A stretch of DNA of 64,000 bases. Origin: Gemmatimonadales bacterium (GTDB taxonomy: Bacteria > Gemmatimonadota > Gemmatimonadetes > Gemmatimonadales > GWC2-71-9). A program made the translations under genes and the position numbers. Positions 60,028 through 64,000 of the stretch are shown in pieces (positions within the stretch are counted from its first letter, which is position 1; the number at the start of each line of letters is the position of its first letter). The stretch lies in assembly GCA_965249575.1 (NCBI GenBank), contig OZ252244.1:2560001-2624000 (forward strand). Reading direction: 5' to 3'. Below the pieces are notes generated by a model. It made no database searches. It saw only the letters and a list, made by a program, of their open reading frames with translations, and was not told the DNA's origin.

Positions 60028-62154
60028 ATGCCCGCTCCCAAGACCAATCGGTTGAAGAAGCAGCTCTCTCTCTTCGACATCTACGTCATCAGCACGGGGG
60101 CGATGTTCAGCTCGGGCTTCTTTCTGCTGCCCGGTCTGGCGGCCGCGCACACGGGGCCGTCCGTGGTGCTGGCGTATTTCCTGTCGGCGCTCCTGATCGT
60201 GCCGGCGATGTTGAGCCAGGCCGAGCTTGCCACCGCCATGCCGAGGGCGGGCGGAGCGTACTACTTTCTCGACCGGACGCTCGGGCCGTTGGTGGGTACC
60301 GTCGGGGGGATCGGGACTTGGGTCGCATTGATGCTCAAGAGCGCCTTCGCCTTGATCGGCATGGGTGTCTACCTCGCGCTCATCGTCGACGTCCCGGTCA
60401 AACCACTGGCGGTTGGCTTCACCATCGTGTTCGCCGTCCTGAACATCGTGGGCGCGAAGGAATCGAGTGGGGTGCTGCGAATCCTGGTCATCGCCCTGCT
60501 GGCCATCCTTGGCTTCTTCCTGCTGCACGGGTTGTTCGCGGTGGCGTCCATTGGGCCGGCCGAGACCGCGTCGCGGTTTACGCCTTTCATGCCGGAGGGT
60601 GTCGACGGACTCCTGGGCACGGTTGGGCTCGTCTTCGTTTCCTATGTCGGCTTGACACAGGTGGCGAGCGTTGCCGAGGAAATCAAGGACCCCGATCGAA
60701 CCATCCCGCTCGGGATGACGCTCTCCCTTGCGACTGTGAGCGGCATCTACGTGCTCGGCGTGTTCATCATGGTCGCGGTACTCGGAGCCGGGCCCCTGAG
60801 CTCGAGTCTCACTCCGGTTGCCGACGCGGCCGAGAACTTCCTCACCTGGGTTCCGCGACGGGTCGGTGTGCTGTTGATTGTTGTCGCGGCCGTTTCTGCG
60901 TTTGCGTCCATGTCCAACGCGGGCATCATGGCGGCGTCCCGGTATCCCTTGGCGATGGCTCGCGACCACCTGTTGCCCGAGCCGTTCGCGCGCGTTGGCC
61001 GGTCGGGCACGCCCATCCCGGCCATTGTCCTGACGTCCGCTCTGCTCATCGCCTTCCTCTTGATCCTGAACGTGGAACAGGTCGCAAAGCTTGCCAGCGC
61101 GCTCCAGCTGCTGATCTTCGCGCTCGTGAACGTGGCGGTCCTCATCATGCGGGAGAGCCGGATCGACGCGTACGATCCGGGCTTCAGCTCGCCGCTCTAC
61201 CCGTGGCTTCAGATCGTCGGCGCGCTCGTGCCGTTCATCCTCGTGGCGGAGATGGGTTGGCTACCAGTGTTGTTTACGCTCGGCGTGATGTCGGCGAGCC
61301 TCGTGTGGTACTTCCGGTATGCCAGGGACCGCATCGGCCGGGACGGAGCGATCTATCACGTATTCGAGCGGCTGGGTCGGCGCCGGTTCGCGGGCCTCGA
61401 CCAGGAGCTTCGCGACATCATGAAGGAAAAAGGGCTGCGTGAGCAGGACCCGTTCGACGAGGTCGTTGCGCGGGCCTTCGTCCTGGACGCAAAGGACGGG
61501 GGAAGCCTCGAGAAAGTCATCGAGAGCGCGTCGACGCTCCTTCAGGAGCGAGTGCAGGTTTCTCACGAGCATCTGACGGAAGGGTTCGGCCGCGGGGTCC
61601 GCATGGGAGGGACGCCGGTGTCGCACGGAGCGGCGCTGCTTCACACCCGGCTCCCGGCGCTCGAGTCCTCCGAGCTCGTGCTCGTACGGTGCACCGGCGG
61701 GCTGCAGATCCCTGATGAGGGCGAGGACATCGCGCGCCACGCCGCCAATACGCCCATTCAAGCCGTATTTTTTTTGGTGAGCGGTGAAGCCGATCCGGGA
61801 CGGCATCTGAGAATCCTGGCGCAACTGGCGGCGCGCGTGGAAGACGAAGCATTCATCACGCATTGGCTGGCCGGTCGGGGGGAACAGGACCTCAAGGAGA
61901 CACTCCTACGCGATGATCGTTTCCTAGCGGTTCACATCCAGCGGGGCACCGATCGGGCTCAGCTCATCGGGCTGGCCCTCCGGGATCTTCGAATGCCTGA
62001 AGGAAGCCTCGTGGCGCTAGTCAGGCGAGTAGACGGCCGCACAATCGTTCCCCGGGGGAGCACGGTGCTTCGAGACGGCGATCGACTCACGATTATCGGA
62101 GAGCCCCGCGGCCTCGAGGAGCTCGCCGGTCGTTTCAGTATCGAGTGGCCCTGA
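60028..62154 (+). CDS. APC amino acid permease with C-terminal PTS EIIA-like and TrkA-C (RCK_C) domains
   Basis: GAMFSSGFFLLPG, AEEIKDP; TPVSHGAALLH..HLRILAQLA (EIIA-like); LIGLALRDL.MPEG.LVALVRR..IVPRGSTVLRDGDRL (RCK_C). Confidence 0.88.
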   Translation: MPAPKTNRLKKQLSLFDIYVISTGAMFSSGFFLLPGLAAAHTGPSVVLAYFLSALLIVPAMLSQAELATAMPRAGGAYYFLDRTLGPLVGTVGGIGTWVALMLKSAFALIGMGVYLALIVDVPVKPLAVGFTIVFAVLNIVGAKESSGVLRILVIALLAILGFFLLHGLFAVASIGPAETASRFTPFMPEGVDGLLGTVGLVFVSYVGLTQVASVAEEIKDPDRTIPLGMTLSLATVSGIYVLGVFIMVAVLGAGPLSSSLTPVADAAENFLTWVPRRVGVLLIVVAAVSAFASMSNAGIMAASRYPLAMARDHLLPEPFARVGRSGTPIPAIVLTSALLIAFLLILNVEQVAKLASALQLLIFALVNVAVLIMRESRIDAYDPGFSSPLYPWLQIVGALVPFILVAEMGWLPVLFTLGVMSASLVWYFRYARDRIGRDGAIYHVFERLGRRRFAGLDQELRDIMKEKGLREQDPFDEVVARAFVLDAKDGGSLEKVIESASTLLQERVQVSHEHLTEGFGRGVRMGGTPVSHGAALLHTRLPALESSELVLVRCTGGLQIPDEGEDIARHAANTPIQAVFFLVSGEADPGRHLRILAQLAARVEDEAFITHWLAGRGEQDLKETLLRDDRFLAVHIQRGTDRAQLIGLALRDLRMPEGSLVALVRRVDGRTIVPRGSTVLRDGDRLTIIGEPRGLEELAGRFSIEWP

Positions 62155-62178
62155 GGAAAGAAGAGGAGGTCGTTCAAC

Positions 62179-63003
62179 ATGCGGTTCGTGATCCATGTTG
62201 CAGTGGCGATGCTCTTGGGCTCGAGCGCCGAGGCCTGGGCACAACGGCCTGGCGAATCGCAGTCGACGCCGGTCCAACGGTTTTTCGATTGGTCGAGCCT
62301 CCAGTTTCCCCAGGAGGAGTACGCGGGCCGCAGACAGGCAATGATGGCGCAGCTCCGGGCATCAGGCGGCGGGGTCTACCTCGTTCCGAGCAGCCATGGG
62401 GTCAGTCAGGGAAACACGTTTCGCCAGTATCGGGATTTCCTCTACTTCACGGGGCTCGAGGTGCCGGCCTCGCTTCTCGCGCTGGACGCCGATTCCGGCA
62501 CCACCACGCTCTTTGCGCCCGCTGAGGACTGGCGTTTTGCCAATCCAAGCCGCCGCAATGACTTCCCGGGAAGGCCCCTGGCTGACGACCCCTCGCTCAG
62601 CCGGGTGTCGGGTATCTCGCGCATCTATCGTTTCACCGAGTTCGATCCCTATCTCCGCAGGCTCGTCGCCGGCGGACGAGTACTCAGGCTGAGCGCAGAC
62701 TACCGCGGCCCGCTGCGCCCTCTGGAAACACCCCCGACCCGGCCGTGGAACGCCAACCCGGCGCTTCGACTCCACATCGAGCGAGCGCATCCGGATGCGG
62801 AGATCCGGAATGCGTACGAGCAGCTTGCCCGCCTCCGCATGGTCAAATCGCCGCTCGAGGTGGCGGTTATGCGCCGTGCTGCGGAGGTGACGGCTCGGGC
62901 CATCCTGGAGGACGAAATCCTGATAACGGCGAGTGGGGCCGAGGTGTTGACCGGTTCGCTACCCAGGCCTCCCGAGGCGCTCGAGAAGATCGTCGCGCCA
63001 TAA
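62179..63003 (+). pseudogene. Xaa-Pro aminopeptidase with in-frame loss of most of the catalytic domain
   Basis: AMP_N (FRQYRDFLYFTG) and LRMVKSPLEV joined directly to the terminal LEDEILIT..EVLT. Confidence 0.75.
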
Positions 63004-63040
63004 CGGCGCGAGATAGAGATCCGGATGAGCCCGAGGGGGA

Positions 63041-63070
63041 TTGACAGCCCCCAGCCTCGCGCCGTATTAG
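63041..63070 (+). promoter_or_regulatory. Possible sigma70 promoter for the susC-like gene
   Basis: TTGACA-N18-TATTAG. Confidence 0.35.
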
Positions 63071-63301
63071 GTACTATCGGCCCATAGGTGGTCCTACCAA
63101 GGTATCGGTACCAGCCGCACACGGTTCCACGACGACAGCTTTGAGCGCCCGGGCGTTTCCGGGCGAGACCCAGCGCCGCGCCTTCCCGTCCCAGCACGAC
63201 GGGCGGGCGATTTGAGGTTGTGTAGTCGGTACGCCGACGATGGTTGGCTTCGTTGTTCCTGGCTCCCCCGTTTGGAGCCGAACCGAAAGGAGGTAGGATC
63301 T

Positions 63302-64000
63302 GTGAGGACGCTTTCTGTTTTCATCGCGGCTGTCCTGGTCTTTACCGGGGCCAGCCAGGTACACGCGCAAGCGCGCATCGTGACCGGGCGCGTGACGGAC
63401 TCGCTTACCAGCGAGATCCTCACGTCCGGCCAGGTCTCGGTTATCGGGACCACCATCAGTTCCACCGTCACCGAGGACGGCACGTTTACGATTGGTGTGC
63501 CGACACGTGACGTCACGCTCACGGTTCGGAGCATCGGGTACAAGCGGCAGGATGTCACGGTGCCGACCGGGCAGAACTCGGTCCAGATCTCCCTCGCGCG
63601 GGATTTCTTTCAGCTCGAGGCGATCGTGGTGACCGGCCAGGCCACCGGCGTCGAGCGGAGGAACCTCGCCAACGCCGTCGCCACGGTGAGCGCCCAGCAG
63701 CTTTCCGAGGTTTCGGCCGTCAGCCTGGACCAGGCGCTGCAGGGTAAGCTGTTAGGGGCGAACATTCTCAAGAACTCCGGCGCGCCCGGCGGCGGGGCCT
63801 TGGTCCAGCTCCGGGGCGTCACCTCCATCAACGGCGCGTTCACGCCGCTCTACGTGATCGACGGCGTGATTATCAGCGACGTCGCGACGGAGCCGGGCAC
63901 CAACTTCATTACGCAAGCCTTTCCCGGTCGGATAACAACCAGCCAGGAAAACCAGGTCAACCGGATCGCCGACCTCAACCCCAACGACATTTCGAGCATC
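63302..64000 (+). CDS. SusC/RagA-family TonB-dependent receptor, 5' part
   Basis: AAAGGAGG RBS, GTG start, signal peptide, VTGRVTDS, LEAIVVTG, ALQGK, NSGAPGGG, PLYVIDGV and RIADLNPNDI; open to the window end. Confidence 0.92.
   Translation, partial: MRTLSVFIAAVLVFTGASQVHAQARIVTGRVTDSLTSEILTSGQVSVIGTTISSTVTEDGTFTIGVPTRDVTLTVRSIGYKRQDVTVPTGQNSVQISLARDFFQLEAIVVTGQATGVERRNLANAVATVSAQQLSEVSAVSLDQALQGKLLGANILKNSGAPGGGALVQLRGVTSINGAFTPLYVIDGVIISDVATEPGTNFITQAFPGRITTSQENQVNRIADLNPNDISSI

Noticed and set aside
58962..61442. 826-aa plus-strand ORF
   Set aside because: Overlaps the nitrilase (antisense) and the APC permease (other frame); Arg/Gly-rich shadow composition

Overview
GC-rich bacterial chromosomal window. 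Gene content (SusC/RagA receptor, Big_2/PEGA proteins, secreted amidohydrolases) suggests Gemmatimonadota, but this is inference. Positions 1-10536 are the right end of a lambdoid prophage on the minus strand: tail, head-tail, S49 protease-capsid fusion, lambda-type portal, terminase subunits, a candidate cos site and a small wHTH gene. It ends in the 3' fragment of tRNA-Lys(CTT), a likely att site. The rest is metabolic, transport and envelope genes (plsC-like, D-aminoacylase, mmsA, otsB, iorAB-like, thrA/thrC, nitrilase-ABC, APC permease, susC-like), about a dozen of them frameshifted or internally deleted. Main observations: (1) an AhpD-like gene with an in-frame UGA in a CxxU motif and a SECIS-like hairpin, probably a selenoprotein; (2) the same palindrome AGGGTGACA-N4-TGTCACCCT ahead of two late-gene blocks, next to an orphan wHTH gene; (3) only about 1.5 kb between att and cos; (4) a nested capsid start inside the protease-capsid fusion; (5) a 150-bp tandem repeat carrying the tRNA 3' end; (6) an unannotated 44-aa membrane peptide; (7) a protein with exact 369-bp Ig-like repeats. 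All family calls come from motif recognition, not database searches.
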